This document shows, one piece after another, positions 27,181 to 39,264 of a DNA stretch of 64,000 bases; within the stretch, counting starts at the first letter, position 1, and every line of letters starts with the position of its first letter. Location of the stretch: NCBI GenBank assembly GCA_963693365.1, contig CAVNZM010000013.1:252759-316758 (forward strand). Reading direction: 5' to 3'. The notes beneath the pieces were generated by a model that saw only the letters and a list, made by a program, of their open reading frames with translations, did no database searches and had not been told where the DNA came from. The DNA is from Amoebidium appalachense (lineage: Eukaryota; Protista; Ichthyosporea). A program made the translations under genes and the position numbers.

Positions 27181-27393
27181 AGTGGCATCGTTACGTCCTG
27201 CTGTTAGCATTTGGGCACTCACAAAGGAATAGTCGTGACTATGTAGAAATATTTTTCATACATATTACTCACACCATATATGTGTTATGTTCACATTCAT
27301 TCATTGTTTACTTTTCACTGTTACTCTACTAGTATGCGGCAAGCGCCACTGTTTACATTCTTACAAATTATTCAGATACAGACCGAATATAAA

Positions 27394-29388
27394 TCAGTCA
27401 TACTTAACGTAAATATTTACAGAATGATTTTCACGAAGTTCTTTTTGAATCTCTTTCATTCTTTTCATAGGCCCCTCCCCCAACACGGACCACGCAGGCA
27501 CTTTATATGGAAGGAGGGGCTTCTTGCTCCATTTTCTTTTTACCTTCGGTGGCTTCCCCTTTTCAGCCTGTTTACGAACCATTTTTCTAAAGTTCCAATC
27601 TTGTATGTACTGTGTGTGTGTTTCTACAAGCAATCGTGCATTAGGCCGCAACCAGTAGCATGGAATCCCAGTGCAAGAGGGGTCTTCATGCGACGCGTGC
27701 AACACTATTTGTGTGATGATGGAGCACGTGCAACCTGTGTGTGTACAGCACTTGCTCTCCCCAGCAAGGCATTTGCAGTCTGTGAAAAGTATCTCCGTTA
27801 TAACCCCCCCAGTCTGCTGCTCTACATTCTCAGCCGGCGTTGTGGACCCCCCTGTTACAGCAAACGCCATATGCACAAGCCTCCACTGCTTGGTATCTCG
27901 CACCCCAACGCCGGCACTCTTTGGCACCCGCACCCTCACCATTTGCGCCACACACGGCGCTGCAGGGTTACACCCTTTCTGCACACTACACACGTGGCCC
28001 TTAGTGCTTGCACTAACATTAGACCCAAAGTGCCACCCAAACCCGTGCAAAACTCTCATGCTCCGCTCCCGCTTGATTCCCTTTAGTACACCTGAGAAAT
28101 TGTTGCGTGGTTGACCGGTTACATCTCTTGCATGTACAAAGTACTCCAAAACAACGTCCTCAGGCAGTGTGGGAAGGACATACTCGGATGTCAGTACCTC
28201 AAAATCCGTGACCCATCCCCCACGAGGGAACCCGTCGGGTATTGCTGATATTGCGATGGTTGGTTTGATGAGTTTATGGATATCAGCCACCTTCGGTGGG
28301 TACTCTAAGTACTCTCCCCTTGCATATAACTCCGGTGTCCCTGCGTGTGGCAGCCGCTTGTGTGCATTTTCTACCGAACCCGCAAAATCAACAAACTCAG
28401 GAACGACACCGTGTGGAACCGTGTAACGGGTGACAAACTTTTTGGTGGCCGGGTCATAAACAGCCTGGAAGCGCATGGCAGCATCGGTGCGGGAGTGCAT
28501 CCACAAGAAATCCGCCTCTGTTGTTTTATATTTTTCCTTCGAAGCAACCTCCTCCGCAAGTGAATATATCGAGTCTTCGTTCACTGTATTTATCAGTTTG
28601 ACGGCTGTAGACCACCCGACGGACGGTATCTTGGCATTGTAATCTGTGCCTACCATTTGACAGGCCCATTGAAACTGGTTAATGCTCATGTTAGAAAAGT
28701 CACAACCGTTTTTGTGCTCACCCCTGTGGTCACGCTGAATGGTGTCGTGGCTGACTACACACCCCATTGCCGCCATCACTTTCTGCTTGTTTTCGTCCTC
28801 CGTTTCAGCGTACGTGTACTTGTATATGAGTGAGAGGTGTTCCATTTCACTGCCGTAGTAAATGTAGTCACTGTCCAACGCAATAATGTGATCTATGTGG
28901 CCTATTTGTTGTAGGTGCAGAAGTTGGTGGTCAGCCTCGTACGGTGCGAGTATGTATTCTATCTCATTTGCCCGCAGTGTGTCCATAACCAGGCGTACCA
29001 GGCCGGAGGGGGGGCTGACAGCCTTAGCATACTCTCCGGCGTTGTATGCATTCTTCTTGTTAGTAATTCTTTCAGCCCTCGTGTGCTCTTTACTGGGTGC
29101 CGGTTCTCCATCAAAAACACACACCGGAATACAGTTGAGCTCTGAAACGTATGAACTAATCTTTTCCAGAATGGAGTTTGTGATGTTTGCCCATATTTTG
29201 GATGGCATGTTAATGTTGTCGTGGTTGTATTTTGCTACGTGTTGGGAAAAGGTGGACTGAGCGATCACGTTGTATATAACGGTTGACACGTCAATGCCTA
29301 TTCTATGACCAGAGAGTGAGTTGGGAAGAAAGCAGGCGCGTTTCTGTTCTGAAACGCCCAAAGCAGGCAGTAAACCTTCGACACCCAT
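27394..29388 (-). CDS. Exo1/XPG/FEN1-family 5' nuclease fused to a SWIM-type zinc finger (664 aa, intronless)
   Basis: MGVEGL start, IGIDVS, VFDG, APYEAD, LDSD, GTDY+H3TH (IPSVGWSTA), Exo1-like FQAVYDP; C-terminal CKCLAGESKCCTH and SCTGIPCYWLRP. Confidence 0.88.
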   Translation of the reverse strand: MGVEGLLPALGVSEQKRACFLPNSLSGHRIGIDVSTVIYNVIAQSTFSQHVAKYNHDNINMPSKIWANITNSILEKISSYVSELNCIPVCVFDGEPAPSKEHTRAERITNKKNAYNAGEYAKAVSPPSGLVRLVMDTLRANEIEYILAPYEADHQLLHLQQIGHIDHIIALDSDYIYYGSEMEHLSLIYKYTYAETEDENKQKVMAAMGCVVSHDTIQRDHRGEHKNGCDFSNMSINQFQWACQMVGTDYNAKIPSVGWSTAVKLINTVNEDSIYSLAEEVASKEKYKTTEADFLWMHSRTDAAMRFQAVYDPATKKFVTRYTVPHGVVPEFVDFAGSVENAHKRLPHAGTPELYARGEYLEYPPKVADIHKLIKPTIAISAIPDGFPRGGWVTDFEVLTSEYVLPTLPEDVVLEYFVHARDVTGQPRNNFSGVLKGIKRERSMRVLHGFGWHFGSNVSASTKGHVCSVQKGCNPAAPCVAQMVRVRVPKSAGVGVRDTKQWRLVHMAFAVTGGSTTPAENVEQQTGGVITEILFTDCKCLAGESKCCTHTGCTCSIITQIVLHASHEDPSCTGIPCYWLRPNARLLVETHTQYIQDWNFRKMVRKQAEKGKPPKVKRKWSKKPLLPYKVPAWSVLGEGPMKRMKEIQKELRENHSVNIYVKYD

Positions 29389-30385
29389 GGTGTATTGCGA
29401 GTGTTGTGAAAGTGGGTGTGTGATTCACTCAAAGATCAGCCCAATTTTTTTTGAAAAACTTAAACATAAAACTACAGTTAAAGAGACAAAAATTTTGCAA
29501 GTTTATGCTTCACAGCTACAGTATGACAGCGTGTGGGAGTCGAAGCGAACGTGAAGGCTTTATGCAGCTGCACACGAAACGTTGGCGTGGGGACCGCCGT
29601 CTGATTGCAGGCCCTATGGCTGCCAACCTCGGGAGTTTGAGCGAAGTAAAAAATTGATCGATTTTGGTATAGTAGATCCAAAGTGGTCCATATAATGCCG
29701 GCTAAAACCAACTAAATCCTCCTCCAATTCAAGCAACACATCATCACTCACACCCAATCCCTGCCCACGAAGACTCACACCCTCGATACCTACGTGCAAC
29801 ATACCTACCTGTGGTGCCTGCACGGGTGGGGTGGGGTGTGTATGTGGTGTGGGTGGTGGTGGAGTGTGTGTGTGTGATGTGTGGGTGGGTGGTGTGTGTG
29901 TGTTTGGTGTATGTGTGGGTGTGTGTGTGGGTGTAGGTGTGTCTGCAACCGTCGTATGTGGTTGTGGTGGTGTGTTTCTACGTGTCTGTGCCTTCCCCCC
30001 CTTCCCCCTTTACTCGTGTGTGTCCCCCCCCTTCCCGGAAACAATGGCACAGAAACCCCCTCCGGTGTGGTGAGAACAAACACCGGGTTGGGACAAGAAA
30101 CACTGAGACCATCCACTTGTGGCTGGGGAACCTCCCCCAACCACAAAACATTCACACCATTCATACCTTTGGTAGAGTCACCCCACAAACATTCATGCCA
30201 TACCACCTCGACGCTGTCTTGAGGACCCACGACGATGCCCGGCTCCCACACGTATCGGGGCGGTGAGGGGGCAAAGGGAAGCTTAACCTGGGGTGGGGGA
30301 GGGTAAAGGTTCTCTGCAACCTGGGGGGGACCGATACTGTCCCCCCCCCTCCCTCAGTGACCCCAGCTTCCCCCTCCCCCGGAAC

Positions 30386-31720
30386 TCAATAGCTCTTGTA
30401 ACTACGGCAATATGCAGCAGAGTGCCCTTGCCGGCCACAAAAGTAACATGCACCAAAGAAGGGGCCAGGGGGGACTTCAAAACCTTGGCGCAGAGCATAA
30501 CCGGGAGCCCGGTCGTGCTGGGGGGGCCCACCGTGTGCACCACGGCCCCCCCTTCCCCCCTGCCCCCCTCGGCCTCTCTCACCACCATTTCCACCCCTCC
30601 CTCTACCCTGCCCACCACCACGAGCAAGATAAGGGGCAAACCTCTCGGTGAACTGCTGCTGTTGTCCTCCACGTCCACCTCGGCCACGACCGCCGTGTCC
30701 ACCCCGGTCGCCGCCACGGCCACCCCGGAAGCCGAAGCCCCCTCGGCCCGAAAAGACGGCCTGGGAGAGCTCGGCAACCTGCTTGACCAACATGGTGAGT
30801 GCATCTGGCTGTTCACCCTCTTTTTTCTCTTTTTCCCCCTTCTGTCCACTCTCCTTCTTTTTCTTGTCTACTTCCATCACCTCCTTTTTATCCCTCTTAT
30901 TGAACTTCACCTCGTGCATGGCAAGCAAGTGACGTTTAACATGCAACACCACCTCATCTACATCATCATGCTCCCCAAACATGCGTGCAGTGTCTGTGTT
31001 TACAGAGAGAGCCTTACGAGCAAACTCGAATTTTTCCCTATCACTCACGTCACCAGCTAACTCACAAAGGTCTTCAAAGACCCGATATTCCCTCTCAAAG
31101 AATGCACGAGCTTCTACGGGGGACATATCTAAAGTGGGAAAGGTATACTTCCATTCTCTGAGCTGGGCCCGGAAGGTACGGCGCCGGTCGGCCGTCAGGT
31201 ATCGGCCGACGAGCCGGGCCGTATACTCGAGCTCGTTTTCCGGCCGTGTGAAGGCCTCGAGCTCCCCGTCCACGTCGTCGGTGTTGTTCTCCTCTTCGTC
31301 GTCGGGGATGAATCGTGCGGCCAGACGTTTCTGGCCGAGGGTCCGGGACACCATCTCGTCCCTCCCCTCGTCGTACTGCTGCTCGTATATACGAGCCGTC
31401 ACCTGGGGGGCCTGCTCGGCCCGGTACGGGTGCTCCTCCATCAGGGTGCATAAGTCGGCCATTGTTTTGTGGTCGATGCACTGTTTGATCATTAAGCACG
31501 AGGCCGCCACAGTGGGGGCCTTCTTTGTGTCTAACACTAGTGTGGGTGTGTTAGCTAGAAGTGTCCTAAGCCACCTAGGTATTTCCGAGTCGTGTTTGAG
31601 TGTAAAACTGAAAGCTGTGGTCTGTCTAACGTCTAGTGTATGAACCTGTGGTACCTGTGTGTGCAGGGAGCTATCCTCCGCTGCCAATGCGTAGAACATG
31701 TCTACGTTAAACTTAGCCAT
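30386..31720 (-). CDS. Gypsy gag with RGG-rich region and CCHC zinc knuckle
   Basis: 444-aa ORF just inside the 5' LTR; CYFCGRQGHSAAYC. Confidence 0.85.
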   Translation of the reverse strand: MAKFNVDMFYALAAEDSSLHTQVPQVHTLDVRQTTAFSFTLKHDSEIPRWLRTLLANTPTLVLDTKKAPTVAASCLMIKQCIDHKTMADLCTLMEEHPYRAEQAPQVTARIYEQQYDEGRDEMVSRTLGQKRLAARFIPDDEEENNTDDVDGELEAFTRPENELEYTARLVGRYLTADRRRTFRAQLREWKYTFPTLDMSPVEARAFFEREYRVFEDLCELAGDVSDREKFEFARKALSVNTDTARMFGEHDDVDEVVLHVKRHLLAMHEVKFNKRDKKEVMEVDKKKKESGQKGEKEKKEGEQPDALTMLVKQVAELSQAVFSGRGGFGFRGGRGGDRGGHGGRGRGGRGGQQQQFTERFAPYLARGGGQGRGRGGNGGERGRGGQGGRGGRGAHGGPPQHDRAPGYALRQGFEVPPGPFFGACYFCGRQGHSAAYCRSYKSY

Positions 31721-31815
31721 TGTGTGGTGTTCGGGTGGTTGTGTTTATGTTCTTTTTTTTTTTTTTTTTTTTTTTTTTCTGTGTGTTTGAGGTGTAGCAA
31801 CAGCCCAGAAGGAAC

Positions 31816-32579
31816 TGTCACCGCGTTACCCTAGCGCGAAAAACCGCACTAACAGAAAGGTGTAGCTTGTCGTATCCTAATGTATATGTACTAGAGACGC
31901 GGCACTCTATTAAGTGTACACACACGAAAAGGAACGAACGTGTACAGAAAAACGGTAAAGTTTATTCAGACCAGGCTCCGACGGGCAAACTTAGATCCGT
32001 ACGGAATCACACTAAGTTCCCACTGAGGCCATCCAGGCCGTGCCCTACAAGATCATCATCACCTGGCCCCCTACGATGCCACATTCCGTACATTCCGATC
32101 TAACTTTATCGTGCGCCTGCACGAGCTAAGTCGATCGGCTCACACTAATATATTTATCTAAGTCTCACCCCTCTCCCTTCCCCTAGTGGCACCGCAGAGT
32201 CTAATTCTACATTTCATACTATCTCCCTCCCCCCTCCCTCCCCCCTTTCCTCTGTCATCGAAATATATAAATACGTTTGGCAGCATACACTATCAAAACT
32301 TGCCAATATTTACAAAGGGCTTCTGCCCGAACAATCACATTCCTAAGTCCTCCTACGATCTATCCTACACACTAATTAGAATTCTATTGGTCGGCTGTCC
32401 CAGCTGACGTGGTCCTGCCCTGCGCCGGCAGAGGCAAGATGATGCACGCAGCTGCACAGCGATCTTGAGGCCCCGGACTTGATCTTGATGATCTGTGGAC
32501 CCGGGCCAACCCCCCCCCCCCCCCCCCGATCTCGATCGTAGACTTAGGCTAATCTGCTGAGAAGGATTAGTATATGTCA
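31816..32579 (-). repeat. Gypsy 5' LTR (764 bp)
   Basis: TG...CA termini (TGACA at both ends on the minus strand); matches 15418-16018. Confidence 0.9.
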
Positions 32580-33918
32580 GGGCCCCCCCACTACAGCCCC
32601 TGGATTGTTGACGACATGGAGGCACTGGCGCTGATGCTGTACGGCCATCACCTCGACCCCCAGTGGGTACCCGTAGGCTGCTACAAGCTACCGGAGGAGT
32701 ACTTCAACTTTGCCCCGCTCTCCTGTGTGGCCAATGCCCCGGCGCAGGAGCCAGTTGCGGTGCCCGCACCCCCACCTCCGTCTGATAACATCGAGCCTGC
32801 AGCCAATGGCGTGATGGGCGGGCCAGAGGACTGTGAGGTCGAGGAGGGTGACGGTGCTGCCATGGGGGGGGGCAACCAGGTGGCGCGTGGTGCACCACAG
32901 CCGGACCCTGCACTGAGGGGCGACTACAAGTTCCTGGCGCAGAAGCAACATGTGGCCATCCCCTTCCTTCCGGTGCTTACCCCTCAGGAGCGCAAGCTAT
33001 TCAGCACGCTGCTCCTGGGCACCTACAAGGCACATGCAAAGCCCAACGGCCAGCTGTTCGAGGCTTTGGCCCAAGACTTCAACAAGGCTGCCTCTGTGGC
33101 TGGGGGAATCTACATGAAGGATGCGGCCTACATCAAGAAGCATTTCGACAAGTGGAAGACCTGGCAGACGGCACATGCACAGCGCTCCACACACGAGGGC
33201 CTGGCAGATCACCGCAAGCGTATGCGCGAGGAGAGGGCAGACGCTGTGCCGGCAACCATACGGCCTGCCCCCCTGCCACCCCTCCCTGTTCCAGACGGTG
33301 TCGATGCAGGGGCGCAGCGTGAGCGGCCCTTGCCCATGCTAGTGGGCAAAAAGCATCGCAACATCAATGATTGGCCCTGAGGGGCCCCTGCAGATGGATT
33401 TGCCGGTGCCCCCTCCTATGCAGCCACCCCAGAGAGCCCCCAAGACCTGCAAGACGTGTGGCCGCCAGGGCAAGGGCTGCCCCGGCTCCAATCGGGCCAA
33501 GAGCTGCCCACGTTGGGTTGCAGCCAATCAGGATGCCATGCCACCAGCACCCGCGCTTGACATGCAGCAGGGCCATGTGCCGCACATGCCCCCTGCACCC
33601 CATCCAGGCCCGCACCACCCACATGGCTGGCCCCCACCGTGGGGCATCATGCCGCCTCAGCCCGGCCCTGCCTTCCCCATGCCTGGGCTACTGCCGCAGC
33701 ACGGTCCCCATCCTTACTTGGGCCATGTGGGCCAGCCCTCGGCTGGTGGGCAGTTCCCACCCCCTTCTCGTGCATCTGCTGTGCTGGGCCTGGCGTTGCC
33801 ACCTGCTGGAGAGACGCAGCTGCAATGGCACGATCGAAAGCAAAGTAATCGTGGCCGCAAGTCTGCAGGCAGCCAATCAGGATCTCAGAGTAGTCAGAGT
33901 AGCCAAACTAGTGTCTAA
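32580..33918 (+). pseudogene. 3' half of an unclassified, probably DNA-transposon-derived gene truncated by the Gypsy LTR
   Basis: ORF runs directly out of the LTR; globular segments HYSPW..W..EYF, YKFLA..PFLPVLT..ERKLF..YMK..W, and CKTC..CPG..C recall fungal transposon-associated proteins (from memory, unverified). Confidence 0.5.
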
Positions 33919-34323
33919 TATTGGAATGTACACCAATGTAACGGATCTCATATGTGTTGTAGCGCTTCAAGTTATACCTGTTCTTCGTACAGTCATGTTA
34001 GGGGGGGGGGGGGGGGGGGGCTAGCTTTCATTCCGAAGTTTACTGTTAAGAATTAAAATTTAGAATCTGAGTAATAGTACAGAGCCTTTGCACTTTTCTC
34101 TGTTTGTTAGGAATTCTTTGTGATCGAGAGTATGGTGTGTTAGACTATTGGTGTTAATGTGTCCTGGAAGGTGTATAATGTCTGCTGGCCGTAGTCAGTA
34201 TTTATTTTTAGGTATATAGTATATTTTTAAATGTTGGCCGCTGGCCAATAAATAGCAAATAATAAACACACGATAAAGTCAACAGCGTGCCAAAAAACTA
34301 ATCCCCAGCGAGCGCACCCAGTG

Positions 34324-34346
34324 ATGTGTGTGTGTGTGTGTGTGTC

Positions 34347-34414
<68 letters not shown>

Positions 34415-34435
34415 CGCGCGTGCGTGCGTGTGTGC

Positions 34436-34466
<31 letters not shown>

Positions 34467-34535
34467 TGTGTGCGTGTGTGCGTGTGTGTGTGAGTGTGTG
34501 TGTATGTGTGTGTATGTGTGGTGTGGTGTGTGCGC
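34324..34535. repeat. (GT)n/(GC)n compound microsatellite
   Basis: Direct inspection. Confidence 0.9.
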
Positions 34536-34748
34536 GGCTTGTACATATGTACGTGTTCATGTGCACCTGTGTCGGACCTACGAAGTACATGAAAGTAAAT
34601 TTTGACAGCATCGATCTGCCGGTGTGTCGCACACATCGATTCAAATGTCGCTCTTTATTATCTGCTAATAAATAGTATCCTTCGCGCATCCACCCCTAAA
34701 CCAGGCCATCCGTGGCCCTAAGGGCCGGGGAACACCCCCATCCATGTC

Positions 34749-35933
34749 ATGGCACATGCCTATAATCGTTTCAGAACCTCTTTCAAAGTTCCATCTACAC
34801 CCATCACACATGTGCGACCATTAAAACGTCCAGCAGATACACCTACCACAGATGCACAACCAGAAAAACATCGCCTTAGACTAAGCGCAACACCTATTTA
34901 CAATACACTACCCATTCAGAATAACACCACACCACTCCGTAGAAACACAATAACAACCATGCCGAAACTTTCGGTTGATACAGTACTGGCAGAACTTGCC
35001 CTCGTTAAGAAACAGCTAAATGAGCTGTTACCACTCAAGAACATGATAGAAAAACTCCAAACAGAAAATACCCAACTCAAGCTCACCATTGATTCACTCA
35101 CAGCCCAGCTAAACATTAGTGGATCGCAAAACCCCAAAACTCATGAGCAAACATCTCGCGACGGAGACATTTCCACCCCAACACAAAACAACACAGGACC
35201 GGAAGCACAGCTCCCGGCAGAGTTCCTAGAATATGCGAACTCTCGTAAAACACCCGAGCTCCGCCAAATTGCCAAGGAAACATATGCCAGCATTCTTGCA
35301 GGCAACGAGTACCGCCGCAACTCCCCTCCCAAACCGCCGGCTAAGGGGAACACCCAAGCAAACGGTAACATCAACATCCCACCCAAATACGAGAGGGTGT
35401 ATTTCAAAGTCAAGCACGGCAGACGCCCACACAGGGCCATGTGGCCCATCTTCAAGGCTCTCGGCTTCCGGTGCTCTCGCATCCTTTGTCTGTCCTTCAT
35501 TGGATACGATGTGCTGGAAGTAGCAGTACGGGGCGACTATAACCGTGCGTTCATCCGTGACGCGACAAAGGGGTGTGGAAGCTTCTTCACCCACCTCCCA
35601 AGCTACGACCCATGCGCGCCGGAAAACATTCAGAAAGCAGACAAAGAACGTAAAGTGTCTGCTAAGAATGCGTGCGCCACACGTTGTCGTGTACGCATCA
35701 GCAAGGCAAAAGAGTTCCTCGCAAAGTTGGAAAACGATGCTACGAGCGTGATAGACACGGACACGAAGGAACCAATGTTTTCTGGTGAGAAACTGCTCGA
35801 GCGCAAACGCCGATGCGAGATGGAAATCGAGCTCTTCTGCGAACTGTTCGCGCTGGCGGAAGGTCGTGCATACGACCCCGTAAGCGACAAGTGGGAACCA
35901 ACCCCACAGGTGTCGGACCAAACCGATGCCTAA
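34749..35933 (+). CDS. LINE family 1 ORF1 (intact, 394 aa)
   Basis: Precedes ORF2 with an 8-nt ATGCCTAA overlap. Confidence 0.85.
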   Translation: MAHAYNRFRTSFKVPSTPITHVRPLKRPADTPTTDAQPEKHRLRLSATPIYNTLPIQNNTTPLRRNTITTMPKLSVDTVLAELALVKKQLNELLPLKNMIEKLQTENTQLKLTIDSLTAQLNISGSQNPKTHEQTSRDGDISTPTQNNTGPEAQLPAEFLEYANSRKTPELRQIAKETYASILAGNEYRRNSPPKPPAKGNTQANGNINIPPKYERVYFKVKHGRRPHRAMWPIFKALGFRCSRILCLSFIGYDVLEVAVRGDYNRAFIRDATKGCGSFFTHLPSYDPCAPENIQKADKERKVSAKNACATRCRVRISKAKEFLAKLENDATSVIDTDTKEPMFSGEKLLERKRRCEMEIELFCELFALAEGRAYDPVSDKWEPTPQVSDQTDA

Positions 35934-38900
35934 TTTATCCTTCTTCTTCTGGAATGCTCGGACACTGGGCCCCCAAAAGGGCCTCCCCCCCGGGACACTC
36001 GACGATAAAATCAGCTACATACAACAACAGACAAACAACCACACGTTTACAGTGATTTGCGAAACACAGTTTAAAAACCACCACAAATTCAACTCTACAT
36101 TGGTCGACACATCCACACACCCCGGTTACGCGAAAAACCGAGGCATTATTGTACTTGCCGCACCACACGTGAGAGTGAAGTGCAAACCGGTAGCAAAAAC
36201 GGAATTCTCGGTTTCTATAGAGTTTCTTTCTAATGTTTTTACTTTTGTATATTACCCACCATCTATGTCGGTTGTCGAATTGACTCACGAGTTGTCACAG
36301 TTACCAATGTCCACTGTTATTTTAGGTGATTATAACACGCGACTCCACCACACAGACACACTGCAAGTGAGTGTCGGGTACCCATCTAAGCCCCCGGAGC
36401 GTGCTATCCCTTTAGCAAGGTATGTCCAAAGTCACACTTTGCGGTTCCCTCAAATATCCCATGCCCACAACACCGACTGGGGAGTGGCCTTTTGGCCATC
36501 AACCATGTCAAAACTCTCTCTCCCTCCTAACCTCTCTAGGTCATCTGACCACTCTCCTATCCTTTTCCTACCTAAGATCTCCCTTGATCTGCTCCCCCCT
36601 CCCCCTCCCACCTTTCGCCTCCGTCTATCCCAGCTTAAGTCACAGTGGGGTAGAGTTGATGTATGTGTATGCTATGCTACGAAACACCCTATATATATGC
36701 GCCTATTAGAATCTGCACAAGCCAGGCCAGATTAACATCTCGTACTAGATACATGCACTAACTTTATTGTTGATGATTTGATAGATCTCGGTGATTATGC
36801 TGGCGGTGGTAGGAAGGAATATCCCGATGCTCTCTTGTTACCAAACACCACTCCCGCTAGACTAGGTGAACCCCTGTCTCAAAAGGAAAGCTTGCGCCGG
36901 CTTGCTAGTATGAATCGATTTGGCCCCCCTGCTCGTATTATTGGTGATACCACTGGAGACCCCCTCATAGACTCTGATAAGTATTTCTCGGAACTGTTTA
37001 AAGATAGGACCCCCGCTCAGAAACCTATTGTGTGGCCTGTAGACCCATCTATCCCCATAGAATCGATCCTCCCCTTTTTCAGTCCCGATGCCATATGGTC
37101 TGTGATATCTAGTTATAGCTCTAGTAAGTCTTGTGGACCTGATGGACTCCCTGCTGGGTTTCTTAAAATCCTTGTTCCCTCCTACCCACAAAAGGAAAGT
37201 GATCGTGCTATTAAACCTGATCTTACTATCATGTTAAGCTCTCTCTTTTCTTGGTGTGTTAAATGTGGACATGTCCCGTCATCTTGGTTAGATACCTTAG
37301 TGATCCCCATAGTTAAGAAGGACTCTGAGGGCCCCATATCATCCTTTCGCCCCATTACACTAACCCAGGTTGTTCGTAGATTCTTTGAAGCTTGCTTACT
37401 TAGGTTATTTGCACATCACCCTAGGTTTCAATCTATTCTTCACATACACCCATGCCAATCCGCTTTTCGTAAAAACAATTCATGTTATGTTCAAATAATG
37501 GCACTGCACGATTCTATGCAAGTTGGTGCACAATATGTTGGCTTTATTGATTGGAAAACTGCTTACGATTCTGTCTCCCCTGGTCTCCTATGGGAAAAGC
37601 TTGCTGCACGGGGTGTACCACACTGCATTGGTGTTCTGTTAGAAGCACTCTTGTCTCAAACCTATGGTAGAGCTGTGGTTAATGGGCATCTTTCATATGG
37701 TTTTGCTCGTACTAGAGGTCTCTTGCAGGGTTCATTGCTTAGCCCCTTTTTGTTTAACCTATTTATAGATGATTTGGCTGTCAAGATTTACGCCGAAAAC
37801 GATGACCCTATTAATAACTTTCCGCCTGCACTTCTCTATGCTGATGATCTGTCCCTCCTTGCCCGTACCCCTAGACGCCTGCAAAGATTGTTCGATGTAG
37901 TGTCAGAGTGGTGCAAGGCAAACCTTATGATCCTTAACATAGACAAATGTGGTGTTCTTGTACCTGATATAGCTAACAATTTACACACATTTACATTATC
38001 ATCTAAACCTGTACCTATAGTTCCAGAATACAAATATCTTGGTGTTCCGGTTGATTCTGTTGGTGTTATGTTTCCCCATATGGTCGAAAAGAGGGTAGAG
38101 TTGGCTCGTAAGCGGTTAGCTTTCTTCTCGGCTAATATTTTTAAAGACACACCCCTCCATCCTTCTATTAGACTTACATTTATTCGCACTTTTGTCTTCC
38201 CGGCATGTGAATATGGTTTACCCCTTCTCGCCGCTTGGATCAAGAAAGAGAGAACTAGAGCGCTTAAACCCTTGGCAAATTTCCTTGAAGCAGAAGTTGC
38301 CTCCTTTCTATCTAACAACTGTTGTAAACCTGGGCCTGCAACGCTCTCGATATATGGTCTGGTCCCAATAGCTGCTAGAGTATCCTATCTCGCGCTGAAA
38401 TTCAATAAGCACATAAGCCGCTTAAAGAAGTATTTGCCCTCCCACCCTCTCTTCTCTATCCGACCTGTCCCCTCCTCACCTCTCCCCTCTTTCCTCCCCT
38501 CTCTCTCCCCTTCTCCCCTGGGCACAAATACAAATAAACCCCGCAATAGTGTGTGTGTGACTTTGGACTGCCACTTACTTATTAAACATGTACACAATCA
38601 CAAGATAATCACGCAATATAACAAATGGAAAAAGATACCACACGACACTAGACCCGATGAAAGCATACACCTTGAAAAACTAAGCCTTATGTCTCGTTTT
38701 ATATATACTGACCGCCTCAACCATATTGCCAAATATGGCACTCGCAAGTGTATAACACCTAAATACATATTACCTTCCTGTAGAACTGGTCTTTCTCTAG
38801 CTGATGGTATTATTGATCAATTACCACGCTTTTACTGTACACGTGCTATACAGTGGAGATCTAATAAGTATAAGGTGGCATCATTTGCATGCCCAAACAA

Positions 38901-39120
38901 CACACACACACACCAGTTTAACCGGTCATGTATCGCCAAATGTAGTTTGATAGACCACATAATACCGCAACACACACACGTCACATTCACAACAGACACC
39001 CAGAAAGATAGCCTACCTGTAAATTACAACATCCTTGATTTTATACTAAACACGCGTAACTACGACCTGTTTATTAGATGTATTGATTGGCTTGAGAAAC
39101 ACATCACTACAAAATTATAG
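35926..39120 (+). pseudogene. LINE family 1 ORF2 (APE-RT) with a single TCA->TAA nonsense change at 36733-36735
   Basis: ORFs 35926-36735 and 36778-39120 share a frame; copy 1 has Ser at this codon. Confidence 0.9.
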
Positions 39121-39140
39121 CGCACGCGCACACACACACA

Positions 39141-39199
<59 letters not shown>

Positions 39200-39231
39200 C
39201 CAGCTGATACCGAGTGTCCCGAGGGGAGCCC

Positions 39232-39264
<33 letters not shown>

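Noticed and set aside
27394-29388. Host EXO1 gene
   Set aside because: Intronless, SWIM-fused and located inside TIR/TSD boundaries within a retrotransposon; gene symbol withheld.
31795-31815. tRNA or self-priming PBS for the Gypsy element
   Set aside because: Could not match a tRNA 3' end or a complementary LTR segment by eye.
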